Of a stretch of 64,000 nucleotides of DNA, positions 49,882-62,530 are shown in pieces. A program made the translations under genes and the position numbers. The notes beneath the pieces are model-generated. The model searched no databases. It was not told the DNA's origin and saw only the letters and a program-made list of their open reading frames with translations. The stretch covers positions 11,347,818 to 11,411,817 of the forward strand of contig CM119265.1 of NCBI GenBank assembly GCA_051294375.1, written 5' to 3'. Origin of the DNA: Paraspadella gotoi. Its lineage: Eukaryota; Animalia; Chaetognatha. Every line of letters starts with the position of its first letter. Within the stretch, counting starts at the first letter, position 1.

Positions 49882-52143
49882 GATCGCGAAAAATATTTTT
49901 AGCCTCTGACATTTTCGAATTATCATCGTTCGATTCCAAACTCCTCGATAATTGATCGGCGGCATTTAAAGTCGACGGTATGAAACGAACAATAATATCA
50001 AACTCTTGTATGTAATTTAAGGCACGGGCGACTCTTTCGCTTATAATATCCATACTAAGCCAGTATGAAACTACTCTAGAGTCGACAAAAACATGAGTTC
50101 TACAACCTAATAAATAATGTTTAAAATGTTTAAGCGATTCGAATAACGAGAATAATTCTTTAAGACAGATCGGCAATAACAAATCATTATTGGCGAACGA
50201 TTTCGAGTAATATTGTAATAAATACATTCTTTTCTCGTCAGGATCCGCCCCTTGTAAAACTTCCGCGTCGGACGGTCGCTGCAGCTGACACAGTACGCTG
50301 CCAAGTGCCGTACGACTCGCATCGGTAAAAAGAACGAAATCCTCTTCCTCGATCGGAGCTCTCAGCACTTCCGTCCGATCGTCTAGCAAAATCTCGATAC
50401 AGCGGCGGAAAGCTTTCTCCTCTTCTTCGCCCCATTTGAAACGCACGCTGCTCTTCGCCATTGCCCGCAGCGGCAGCGCGGCGTCCCTCAGACAGCTAGT
50501 CCGCTGAAACCACGCCAGCAGCCCTAGAAATGACCTCAAGCTGTCTTTCGACGTGGGAGGTCTCAACTGACGTAAGGACGTAGTTTTGTGTGACGGAAGT
50601 CGATGTATGCTTTTGTAAGAAACACAGTAGCCGAGAATCGTTTGTTTCTTTAAACCAAGAGAAACTTTAGCCGCTTTGAATTTCAATCGAAAATAGCTCA
50701 TTGTCGCGAAAAATCTATCCAGGTGCGCGAGATGCAACTCATGGGTCATGCTAAAGACGATAGTCATCTATGAAAACGCGGCAAAACTCCATCAATTTAC
50801 CGATCAAATGGTCGGACACCTTCTGCGCGTCCTGCGGCGCCGACTTCAGACCCATTGCTACGATGCAGAAACGATAAATCTCATTATCGGCGTAAAAACA
50901 GGTGAGATCCCGGACTTTCGGCGCGCCAGGGGTAACTGGAAAAAATAGTCGGTCGCGTCGATGCAGCTGAAATATTTCTTGCAGCTAGCAGCAGTCAGAA
51001 TTTCATCCATCAACTTCATTCGATATGCACGAGTCTCAATCAATTTATTCACCATTCTATAATCAATAGTTAAGCGATTCTTAAGTTTAGTTTCCCCTGT
51101 AGACGGATTCGTTATGTGTCTACTCACTATATGGGGATTCGAAATGAAACGCGAGTCCGAAACCTTTTCTATTATCTCCGCTTTCGTGAGCATTCTTACG
51201 TAATCTTTTAAAATTTCCAACTTCGACGGAGATTGCCTCCGAAAACGATCGATGTTGTGGAGGAGGATCCTTAATTACCGGGATAAACTATAGGGGGAAT
51301 ATTCACCTTCGGTCTCATGTGTCTCCACTTTCCTGTCCAAAATACCCCTCTATAATTCCAAACAACTTCCTTATATTTTTCTAACAACTCTTTCCCCTTC
51401 TCAGGCTCATCCTCTTTCAATTCCTTTTCTAAGTCGGTCCAGTCGAACTGCAATAAGAATTCGTCTCGATTCGGCCAAAACTCATCCGAATCATTTTTCT
51501 TTATTTCAGTATCTCGATCGACTACGTAGTCGGGGAAAACCAAGTCCGGGGCCAGTTCGATCGGTTGAGGAGTGAAACTAACGCCCTTGTCAATCACTTT
51601 GTCGGCTTGATGTGGCGTCAACTTTTTCTCTTTCGGTAAGTCATCATAGTTAATTTGCTTTGAGTCGGCCAATCGAAATATTTTAGTCACGTCTTCCTCC
51701 TCATCTAAGCTCTCAAAAACAACTTCACCCAGTTTTTGTTTTGCTCTCAGCGATCGGTCTGTCCGGTTTTTATTCATCACTAAAACCCGATAAATCTTTT
51801 CTTCCCTCTCATAGGTCACTCCTAGAATATGAAGCCCGTCGTCTGGTTCGACTCCTATCAATGAATGTATAACATCGCCGAATCCTTTCTCGCTCAATTC
51901 AACTTCGATCGGAGTTAATTGCGCCGGAGGCAGCGAAATCGCGGTACGAGAAAAGAAATTTATATTTTTGATATTTGGTCGGTCAGTCGCTTCAACCATT
52001 CTCGCTTCTCTAGGTGTTCTATATAATGGTATCTTTTCCCCTTTTATACTTAACCTACGCTTTTCATAATCAATGTTACAATTATTGTAACCCAAAACAT
52101 CGCTTCCTAATAATATCGGACATTCATTTCCCAACACAAGCAA
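49882..52143 (-). pseudogene. Gypsy Pol: protease C-half, linker, reverse transcriptase and RNase H, frameshifted
   Basis: PILLGSDVL; RLTIDYRMVN; FSCIDATDYFFQLPL; VFIDD at ~50777-50763; LRSFLGL; FVLFTDAS; KELFSLFESLKHFKHYLLG; NAADQLSR. Confidence 0.93.
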
Positions 52144-53046
52144 AAATATTTATTTCCGCATCGTTCATTTTTAAAGTCAGAGTGACATATTCACCACAAG
52201 TCACTTCTCCACCGATTCCCACAAGCTTCTTCGGCGCCACTAAATTCAAAACATTCACCCCAGTTTTCCCACATGAACTTTGGAATCACCGTTCGGTCGC
52301 TTCCCGTGTCAATTTCAAAACAAATCACCCGGAAATCACCCCGTTCGTTCGCTCCTCTCACCCCGCACCTTAATATAAATTCTCAGAAACCCCTTGATCC
52401 AGTTTCATTTTAACTTCTTTCTCTAGATTCTCTACAAATCCCCTTTTATTTTTATCCCGTCTAGTCATTCCGATTCAAGTCAGAGAACTGATAATCTTCG
52501 TAGTCGTCGTCAAAATTCTCTTCGGTCGACTTGACCTTTTCTCTTTTCTTCCCCGTTCCTTTCTTTCCCTTTCTTTCTTCTTTCTTTTTCTTCCTCGCCT
52601 TCAAAACAGCAGAGAAATTGTTCGGGCAAGACGGCACGCTAGTGAGAAGTGTCGGAATTCAGCCACACTCTTTTTGCAGAACAACATCTTTTCATCGGAC
52701 ATTTCATGCAAATGGTCGTATCGAAACAGTTCCAGCATACATTTTCCCAATATTTTTCTTTTCAGCTAAGTCCGAATATCTAAGTTTCGTTTCACGTATT
52801 CGTTCTCACAGCTTCCCCTTCCTCATCATCACTCCCCTCTTCATCGAAAGGAAAATAACTCGGGTCATCAACAAAATTCACCCTGAATTACCGACCGTGA
52901 AAAAGATTGTCGGTCTTGCACCGAATTCCTCATTCCACTCGCATAACTAACCAACCCTCAAAGGAGTAGTTCGTATAGTAGCCCGAACCAGCGAATTTCG
53001 AATATAGCTGTCGAAAGGCCTTCGATAAACTTCAGAGATTGGAGGT

Positions 53047-54600
53047 AATCGATCGATCGAGTTTCTTACAAAAAATTCGAAACTTTCGAGCGTAAACAAT
53101 AATCGTGTCGTTGCCTTGTCGAAGGCGACGAAAACCTTGTTTCGAGGCAGTTTGAGGGTTAGGAAAAGTCAAACGGAAAACTTCTTTGAAAAAATTTTCG
53201 AGGTTATAATCATCTCCTCACTCATCCACTCAATCACCATATCACCATTTGCTCTCACATCATGTTTGCATCGCAAATTTGCAATATGCATTTCTCTTTC
53301 TCAGTGCATCATCAAAATATCTAATTATCGAATTTTTCAGCGCCGATTCCCCCATAATATAATCATAATATCCTAGTATCGGATAATGTTATTTTTATAT
53401 TTTATTCGAATCGGTGAAAATTTGTCTAGACGTTCTATGTCTCGAAACAGGCGGACCCGAACCTGGTCGTGGAGCTCTCGACGGCGCAGAATCGGCGACG
53501 GCGGCGCAGAATCGTCGCGGCACCGCGCCGGCGCCCAACCTGACGCAAACCCTGGCGGTGGCGGCGGCTGAGTCGGCGGCGGCGGCTGAGTCGGCGGCGC
53601 GGAGGACGTCGAAAAACCCCAATCCGTCGTTATTCCTTCCCGATGATCGTCGCAACGACTTTGCGTCTGCGTCTCCTGTTGAAACGGCGCGTCGCGTGTC
53701 CAACCATGCGGAGTGGCTTCCTCCGTCGAATCCTGCGTCTGCTGCGTCGGCGGCAGCGTCGACGTGCGCTGCATCGATTGTTGCTGCGTCCACTGCTGTT
53801 GATAAGGGAAATGCTGCATCGTTTGCTGCTGAGTCGGAAATTGCTGCATCATATGTTGCTGCGTCGGATATTGCTGCATCTGCTGAGGTTGCTGCATCGG
53901 AAATTGCAACATCGTGTATTGCGGCATCGTGATTGGCTGCACTTGCTGTCCCGCCAACTGTTGCAATTGTCGTTGGATTCCAGACTGCTGTTGAGCCTGC
54001 GTATTTCTCGAGAATGTCGATAAAATCGGCGGCAGCATTTGTTCGTTGTCACCAAAATCCGGAGGCGGCGGCGGAACGACGTTCCAATCCATCTGAGCTC
54101 CTGGCGCCATCATTCCCGGAGGCGGCGGCACACCCACTCCTTCGAATCCTCGTTGAGCGGTCTCTTGATCATCGGCGCCTCTTCTTCCGCCTTCACGCAA
54201 CTGCTCTGCTGTCATATGTTGTCGGTTCCAACCTCTCGACTCCCGCGCATTGTTCGAAAGACCCGGAATTTCGGTCGTGTCGTCCAGCAATACTGCTTCG
54301 CGACGAGAGTCGCCACGAATCGCTTCCCCCCTCCTTCTCCGTGCGTTTGGAGAAGGACCGACGGCTCGCGCTTCTCTAGGAGGCGCCTCTCTCCATTGCC
54401 GAGGGGTATCATAGTTCTCTCGCGCCGAGTTCCCCGTCTGCTCCGCCCACTGGCGCGGCGAGTCATAATTCGTTTGGATCATATTTGCTGCCCGCTCTCT
54501 CTCACTCGGATGTAGAGTCGGCGTCCGGCTTCTTGGAGGCGGGACCGGTCGGTCTTGCGCAGTCGTGCTCGCATCCGAAAATGTACAGTCGGAGGCGCCG
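53047..54600 (-). pseudogene. Gypsy Gag N-terminal Gln/Pro-rich region and capsid-like part; duplicate at 45766-47290
   Basis: 369-aa ORF 53373-54482 with MQQFPTQQ-type repeats and polyproline, colinear with the downstream knuckle and protease segments. Confidence 0.75.
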
Positions 54601-56849
54601 CACGGTGCCTCAGACCTCAGGAAAAAAAAAATTTCAAAATCGAGTGAAAAAAGTCATGTCAGCGATTTCGATTTTGATAGGTTAACTGATAAGTAGATGG
54701 TCTGCGGGCTTTTGACCAGAAAAGATCGCTAAAACTCGTAACCTTTCTTTCTTTTCTTTTTTACTTTTCTTACTTCTCTAAAATAAATTTATTTTTTATT
54801 TGCCAACTGCCATTTCTTATACTATGTTAATTGCATAAAATGATACGGCGTTCAAAAGCTGATGTCTTCCTTGGATATGTGCATAAGTACAAATGTTATT
54901 TTTCACAAGTTAAAGTAATATAATTTGTTCTTAACTTATACCTCATGCATTTTACATTGAAAATTTTACAAAAACATTTTTTTCTTTATGTCACTTCGTT
55001 TAACCAGGTTTATCACTGCTGGTAATATCTATAGGTTTTATTAGATAAAGGAAGTTTAGTTAGTCTGTGTTTGATGCGATCTTCATTGCGATTTTTTAAA
55101 TTAAGAGAGAATTTGATTTTTTCAAATCAGTTATTCAACCACAGACATTCGCGCAAAATATATAAAGAAATTAACTACGTTTCAGGAATTAAAAATTTTT
55201 CTTGCAGTTATCGTTTAAACAGGTTATTATCATTTAAAAATGATAATAGTTTTATTAGTTAGTAATCGGTTTTGGCTATTATGGTCCTGTTGCCGGTTTT
55301 TTTGCGGTTTTGAGTTTTAAGAAAGAAATATGACCTTACAGTTGACATGTCATCATCAAAAATAACAAAGAAAGAAACTAGGTTTCAGATTTTTCTTTTC
55401 TGACTTTCTTGTATTCGTTTACCAGGTTTATCTGGAACTAAATATCATTGTCAGGTTAAAACAGGTAAGCATAAGGTTCAGTAATAACTGGTTAATGCGG
55501 ATTTTAAGCGATTTGTATTTTAAGAGAGAAACAGCTTTACCAATAAACTTCTCAATTCCAAGAAATAACAAAGAAAGAACTAGGATTTTAAAATTTCTTT
55601 CATCTTTTATTTTGACGAATTTCGTTTACAAAGGTTTTTTGTTATAAAAAAATATAATCATCTTTAAACTGGCCTGAGATTACAGTGATATAGGGTAAAA
55701 CGGATTTTCGTTATTTTTAGTTTAATGGAGAAAGAAGATCATCCAGTAAACCCATAAGACCTCCTAGATTATCAAAGTTGCTCAAACTTGATTATATTTT
55801 CACTGTTGGGGATATTTGTTGTCTGTTATCTTGTCTTGTCTATATCATAATCCTCTTTGTCGTCATTTTAATCAATCAATCATCAATGAATCAATGAATC
55901 AACTAACTGAATAGAAAAACTTATATCATGAGAGAGAGAGAGAGAGAGAAGAGAAAGAAAGAGGAGAGAGAAGAGTGAGAGAGAAGAGAGAGAGAGAGGA
56001 GAGAAAGGCACGAGACTGACGGAGACGGCGACAGAGACGAAGAACAACCGATGTCGACGGACTGGACCGATCGACCGACCATGTTTGACTGTACGACTTG
56101 TTCACCCTCTTTTTACCGGCTTCTCTCGCTCCTTTCTCTCTCATAGTTCTCTAGGAAAAGCTCAGACAGACCAACTTCAGTCACTTTGATCACGATTCCT
56201 TGCGCTTTCTCTGGAATTATCAACTATTTTCTTATGACTTTTCTACGGACGCCGTTATTTTTTTTGGGAGATTTTCTGTTTCATTTACGCTGGATTTTCT
56301 TCTGATTTACATTTTTATACATTTATTTACATTTTACGATTCAGACCTTTTTATATTTGGCTGCTTTTGAGAGATCTCCAGTATTATACGACGTTCGGGA
56401 GTCTTGTCAGATGCAGTTGAGCTCCTCACGACGAGCCATTCCTACCCTGGCGACGCGGGAGAGCCAAGTCTCTCTACAGAGAGAGAGAGAGAGAGAGAGA
56501 AAGAAAGACAGAGAGAGAGATAAAAATACGTTCAAATGCATGAGCCTGACCATTTTTTTTTACAAATTGATTACTCTTTTTTATTTAATTAATTTACTAT
56601 TAATTATTTAATTAATTATCTGACTTTGTGTCAGTCTANNNNNNNNNNNNNNNNNNNNNNNNNNNNNNNNNNNNNNNNNNNNNNNNNNNNNNNNNNNNNN
56701 NNNNNNNNNNNNNNNNNNNNNNNNNNNNNNNNNNNNNNAAAAAGAGAGAGGATGAGGAAAAAGCGACGTAACACTCTGATCAGCAGTATTAGAGACGGCT
56801 TCGGGGGAGGCCTGTAGACGGTGTCCAGGACGACGTAGAAACTCTTCTT

Positions 56850-57400
56850 TTTTTTTAGTCGGAATCTGCTTATCAGCAGAGTCCCGACATCTTATAGACT
56901 CACTTTTCGGTCCGTGGGTCCGCCCCCTCAATATTGTCGGGCACGAGACACTTATATCATGTCAGAACATCGAATATGATAAAATTAGCAAAAAAAATGA
57001 TGTCCGCCAATAACGTCCAGTCTGTCCGTCCTCCGTCGATCCGTACCACAACTTAGAAAAAAACACCAAATTACTCGTAGATTAGGTGGATGGATTTTAA
57101 TGAAATTATTTGTGAGTGAGGATACGGTATAGTGTGATATAATGAGGGATATCGAGTTTCGATGGATCGTGCCGAGGGGAAATGAGTTACTAAATGGAAA
57201 AAACAAAAATAATATAATTCACTACTTTGAACAGCCAATTGCTTATGGTGGATGGCTGAATTGAACCTGGAATTTTTGTATGTGGGTAGGAAAGATGTGA
57301 TAGATGGAGACGGAATCAAGTTGCATGGAATGAGTTTGAGTGAAATGAGTTTTAAACTGGATAAATAACAAAAACCGCAACCTGTTTCCCCTATTAGCGG
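56850..57400 (+). mobile_element. HINE/DINE-1-like element in noisy sequence; further 3' ends at ~59600-59720 (+) and ~60928-60975 (-)
   Basis: TTTTTAGTCGGAATCTGCTTATCAGCAGA start like position 1; GCAGATCCGACATTGTTTGCTCAAACTTGTT at 59689-59719. Confidence 0.6.
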
Positions 57401-59839
57401 CCTGTGAGTGCCTTAGTTTTACTCGATTTTAATCCTTATAAATTAAGATGCATATACTGACTGGCATGTCAATTAATAAATGCATGACGGATGACTCGTA
57501 TAATTGTAATCAGAATGTTAGATGCATATAAATAATATTAATCAATAATTAATTAGATTAGTCCAAGATCAGTCCGTCCTCCCGTTCCATATCTTCAGCC
57601 CAAAAGAGCGTCGCAATAACTGTGTGCTGCGTTGATTGAATATTGGTGTCTGGTGGAAGTGTGTGTCGAAGCTGGTATGAGAAATTTCGAGTGGAACTGT
57701 GAGTGGAATTAGGTTCAATGAAAAAACATGTAAGTCGAATTTAGCTAAAATCTTCTGTACTTATTTTAACCAATAAATACGTGCCTGCAGGGATTAATCA
57801 TAATGTGGAGTGTAGATATGGGGCTGTATTGAAAGTTTTGTGTGTGGGTAGGTGAAAAATGTCTGTTGAACGAGCCTTGATATAAAGTTTCAGTTGGAGA
57901 CGTACCAGTGGAAATGAGTTTTAAATGAAAACAAATATGAGTCACATTTACTTGAATCGTTTATTTAGTTTACCATGATAAGATTGAGATGAAATTTTGT
58001 GAGCCAGTAGGAAAGTGAGTGATAGAAGCGGGTAGATATAAAGTTTTTGACGGAATGCAAGTTGAAAAAATTATGCCAGTTGAAAAAATGATGCACAAGT
58101 TTAAAAAAATCTTAAAAGCATTAGGATCGTCGCCTATTATTTTGATAAAAAAGAGAGAGAGAGAGAGAAAAGAGAGAGTGAGAGAGAGTAGAGACGAGAA
58201 AGAGAGTAGAGTGAGAAGAGTGAGAGAGGGAGAAGAGAGAGAGAGAGGAGAGCGAGACATAAATACAAAAATCTTAAAATGGACCTCAAGATCGAGCCAA
58301 GAGCCCACTATCAATAGAAACATTAATGAAAAAAAGGTATGACCCGCGGGAGCAACCGAATGAATATAATAAGGGAGGCGAGTACCTTGAGAATTCCAGC
58401 TGCAGTACATCGCGGCTAACGTTATTATTGTAATAGTATTATTAATATTAATTGGATTAGTAAGTGTTATCATGATAATAGAATGTACTTATGGGGATTC
58501 GATATTAGGTCATATTCCATAGTCTTACGGGATGACTATATAATGATAGCAGATTGTCATTATGATTGACCGATGGCGATTTGGGATAATCAATATGTCG
58601 GATTAGTCTGGCCACGCTGTGATCATAGACACATTAAACTGATGCGCGATGCTTCATTGGAATGCCGGGCGTATCAATACAAAAAATGGTGTATTGACAA
58701 GTAGAAGAGCAGAGACAGAAGGGTAGCAGAACTAGTCTCAGGACAGATTAAGGACTCCTCGAGAATGGATGAAAATAAAATAATCGAATGAAGGATTTTT
58801 TCAAAAAAACAAACGATCACGCAAGAGATCGGGCGTACAGAGAGGGACAGAACACACACAGAGAGAAAGAGAGAGAGACGCCGCTGCAGAGAAAAAGAGA
58901 GAGAGAAAGAGCGATAAATAATTAATTAAAAGAGAAGAAAGAGAGAAGCTCTACAGCCCCTTTACTCGTTTAAAGAATCAGTCAGTACCGCATGGGCTGG
59001 ACGTGCGTGAAGCTTTTCCTCTACGCCAAAGGACCCGGGTTCGCAACACCTGTTCGCGGGCATTCGGTATTTTTTAGCATTTAGTGAGCCCACATTATAT
59101 CCGTAGCGAACATTTTTGTTTGTAAAAAGATAAAAAAAAAAAAGACACGAAGAGAGAGAGAGAGAGAGAGGAGAGAGAAAAGATAGCTGAGAGAAAATGC
59201 AGAAGAAGCAGGTGACGGAGAAAAAGAGAGATGAGAGAGAATCCGACATATATTTTAAAAGACAAGCAGAGAGAGAAGAGCTGACATATAAGATTAAAAC
59301 GTTTTTGTCGTTTGTAATAAACATAAACAAATACGGCATATTGATATGGAAACATGAGAATTATTAAAGATCGTTGGATCTTTAGGAAGCAATATGAAAT
59401 TTCAATCCTTCTTTGGGATATCACACTTTTCAAGAAAGCCATGATGTGCAAAAAAAGCGTGACCGGAAAGCTAAAACCGCAATCAAAAATCGATAATAGA
59501 GGAATTTGTTTTTGTTTTGATTAAAATGTAAAACAAAACATTTAATAACTGTCCTGGGACTCAATTTAAAGGACATTCGATGGAGGACAAGCTGAATATA
59601 AATTGATAATTAATTATTAAAATTATTAATTAATTAATCTAGTTAATAATTAAATTAATTAATCTATTAATTATATTAATTATCGTAGGCAGATCCGACA
59701 TTGTTTGCTCAAACTTGTTAATGTGAAGCCTAGAATGTTGTCTACCAAAACTGTGAATTTTTTTTTTATCGCCCGCACGTTTTCAAGATGCAGTCAATTT
59801 CCTCTGAAGCGCGTGTCAAGTCATTGCCCAATTCTCCAA

Positions 59840-60080
59840 AATCATGAACAAGAAGGAGCGAGCATTTGCTTTACAAGTATTTTTGAAGCTAAATGTTTGC
59901 GTCCATCTATTTATCACGTAATACAAAGAGTAAAGTCTGGAGATACTCTCAAGCACAAAAAAGGCGAGGGCGTCCAAGAAAACTCACAGCAAGACAGTCG
60001 CGTACCATCGTGAAGGAATGGAAAATAAATTGGGTTTTCTAACGAGAAAGCTGGCGTCTCGATGAAGGTCCCTACGCCAC
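59840..60080 (+). pseudogene. Tc1/mariner-like transposase N-terminal HTH remnant
   Basis: RPSIYHVIQRVKSGDTLKHKKG, followed after a frameshift by GRPRKL (ggg cgt cca aga aaa ctc), the typical Tc1 AT-hook-like motif. Confidence 0.55.
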
Positions 60081-61157
60081 ATTTCACTAAAGAAAATCGT
60101 GATTTTTTTGGTTCAACTTGTTTGTCTGTATTTAAGTTAACGTTATTAGTATTAAAAAATTTATTTTGTATTTATATTTATAATAAAATGTTATAAACTT
60201 TAACACATTCAATCTTTGTCTCAATAATTATGTGTCAGATGTTAGAACGGATTCTGTGTTACCTAATATAAAGTTTTAGTGATAATTTACTCAGTAATAA
60301 TAAGAGTTTACAAAATTGTATTATAATTAGGTGGAAAAATATTATACTATTAATAATACAGTAAAAAATCTTATTTTTAGTAATAAAAAAGTTACAAAGT
60401 TAGGAATGGAATTTAACGCCTAAATATGGTTAAAAAATTAATCATATGGTTATCATAGCATCAATCCTGGTTATCATCGCATCAATATTTGGTTATCATC
60501 AATATATCAATTACTATTCATCAATCAATCAATTACTATTACGTCAATCAATCAATTACATTACATCAATCAATCAATTAGATTTATATTAATCAATCAA
60601 TTACTATTACATCAATCAATTACTATTCACAATCAATCAATCAATTACTATTACATCTATCAATTACTATTACCCCAATCAATTTCACTATACATTAAAC
60701 AATCAATTACTATTACATCAATAATTCGTTATTGCATCAATCATTCGGTTTTTTCTTCGGAATTTTCTTTCATTTCTTTGGCGAGAATCACAATACTTTA
60801 AAAAACTTTATTGCGCAGCGAGTATTCTCAGAGCAACTCTATAGTTCACTTTTTGGTCGGTTGGTCTGTCCCATTTACGTTAAAAAAGCTAACTCGCTTA
60901 TAATTGATTGCTCATTTGTTAAGACAGTAAACAAGTTGGAGCAAACAATGTCGTAATCGCCTACGATAATTACGGAATGCGAGATGATAAATCGTACATA
61001 ATCAAGTCTATTGTTGAATTTTTGCATCATTTTTTTAATTTTAAAGGCCTGTACTAAACCTGGACGAAAGATTGAAAACATTTGTATCTCGCTTTGCTAT
61101 TACAAATTTAGGTGATAATGTGTAATGTTTCTTGTAATTATAATTTTGTTTCTCCAG

Positions 61158-62530
61158 CATATTTTATTGGTGTTGTTGAAATACAACTACCAAGAAACAT
61201 TTTAAAGGAATTGCCGTGGTTGTTAAATTAAACTGAAAACTTTATACTGTTGTTACTATACGTAGCATAGAATAATGAATACCGAGCTGTGTTTGGACAA
61301 AAATTTAACAAACCTAAATGGATGAAAAAAATTAAGAAAAAAATTAGAATAAATGCTAATTATAAGTGTGAAGTATGCGATTCAGATTTCTTCTTTAAAA
61401 CTGAATTAGTTAAGCATTTGAATGCTGTTCATGCTATCCTACCATATAGTGTAAAATTTGTGAAAGGCATTTAAGTTACGTGACCATTTATACAACGCAC
61501 AAATCTATTCATGATGTTAAGAAGACTTTAGCTGTGTGGCATGTGAAAGAGGAATTTTTGCAACTTTAGAGAGTTTAAGGAATCATGAAAGATATGATCA
61601 TGATAAACACCCTAAAAAAGATACCCTTGTGAATTATGTGGGAAACTTATTTGTAAAAAATATCTGATTCATTTTCATAAATTACGTTTTCACAGTGCAA
61701 CTGAGGAACTAAACCTCGTAAATAGAAAAAATTCAGCCGACAGAAACGGGTCACATGTGCTTTGTGTGGAAAAGAAATAAGTCCTGAAATCTCTCGCCAT
61801 AGATATATAACCCATTTTAAAAAAGAACGGTCAAAAGACCCTCTATTGAAAGAATGCAGATAAGAAGCAAAAAAGTAGCAAATTGAAAAAAAAAGTTGCC
61901 AAGGAATGCACTTATGCATCGAGATGATGAATATGAAACTGATCTGCCTCCTCCATTTGATGATAATCTGACTCGTTAAATATAAAAAATGAGGATTTAA
62001 AAGTATCAAATAAATCAATAAATTATCAATCAGCTCTGTTGAAATGGCCAGCCATTACGAAGGTCGGATAATGATAATGTGGATGAAAAACGTTAGCAAG
62101 CTTTTAGAGAAACGTAAAATAAATGAAACATATAAATGCTCTTGTGGTAAGGGATTTAGGCGTCTGTCTGAGTTAACAGACACACTGGAAGTAAACAAAG
62201 AATATCTTCCTCACTTTTGTCGCCACTTTACGCAGCATTTGTTGTCCTGGAAATCTTCTTCGCAACAAACTGACGGTCCTATGAGAGTGCCCCCACCTTG
62301 TCACTGTAAAATATGCTTTAGACCTTTTTTAGGGCCTGGTTCTCTTCGAAGACATTTTACTGTTCACAATAGTGATTCTCATGTATGTGAGCTTTGTGGA
62401 AAATATTGTTTTGTCATGCGTTAATACCTAATGAGCCACGAAGATGCATTGAATGTCAAAAGAATCAACCGGTATGTGACTGAAAAACTATTGGAATTTA
62501 TGAAACTCACCCTGGATCCTGGTGGAAAAG
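61158..62530 (+). pseudogene. Multi-C2H2 zinc-finger coding region, frameshifted (pseudogene or sequencing errors)
   Basis: YKCEVCDSDFFFKTELVKHLNAVH, YPCELCGK, TCALCGK, YKCSCGKGF, CKICFRPFLGPGSLRRHFTVH and HVCELCGK across different frames. Candidate acceptor tttctccAG (61157) and donor AAG|GTATTT near 62530. Confidence 0.7.

Larger units (their letters stand above)
42965..54600 (-). mobile_element. Ty3/Gypsy LTR retrotransposon complex: one block-permuted copy plus one colinear partial copy; no integrase seen
   Basis: Gag CCHC knuckles, protease DTGS, RT and RNase H motifs occur in gag-PR-RT-RH order, with a PBS, PPT and candidate LTR. Confidence 0.92.

Noticed and set aside
49882-54600. Frameshifts as programmed ribosomal frameshifting or proof of decay
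   Set aside because: Indels are scattered and differ between the two copies, so they cannot be separated from sequencing error.
56739-59600. Novel diverged sequence and ORFs
   Set aside because: It reads as a low-accuracy version of repeats seen elsewhere in the window plus GA microsatellites.
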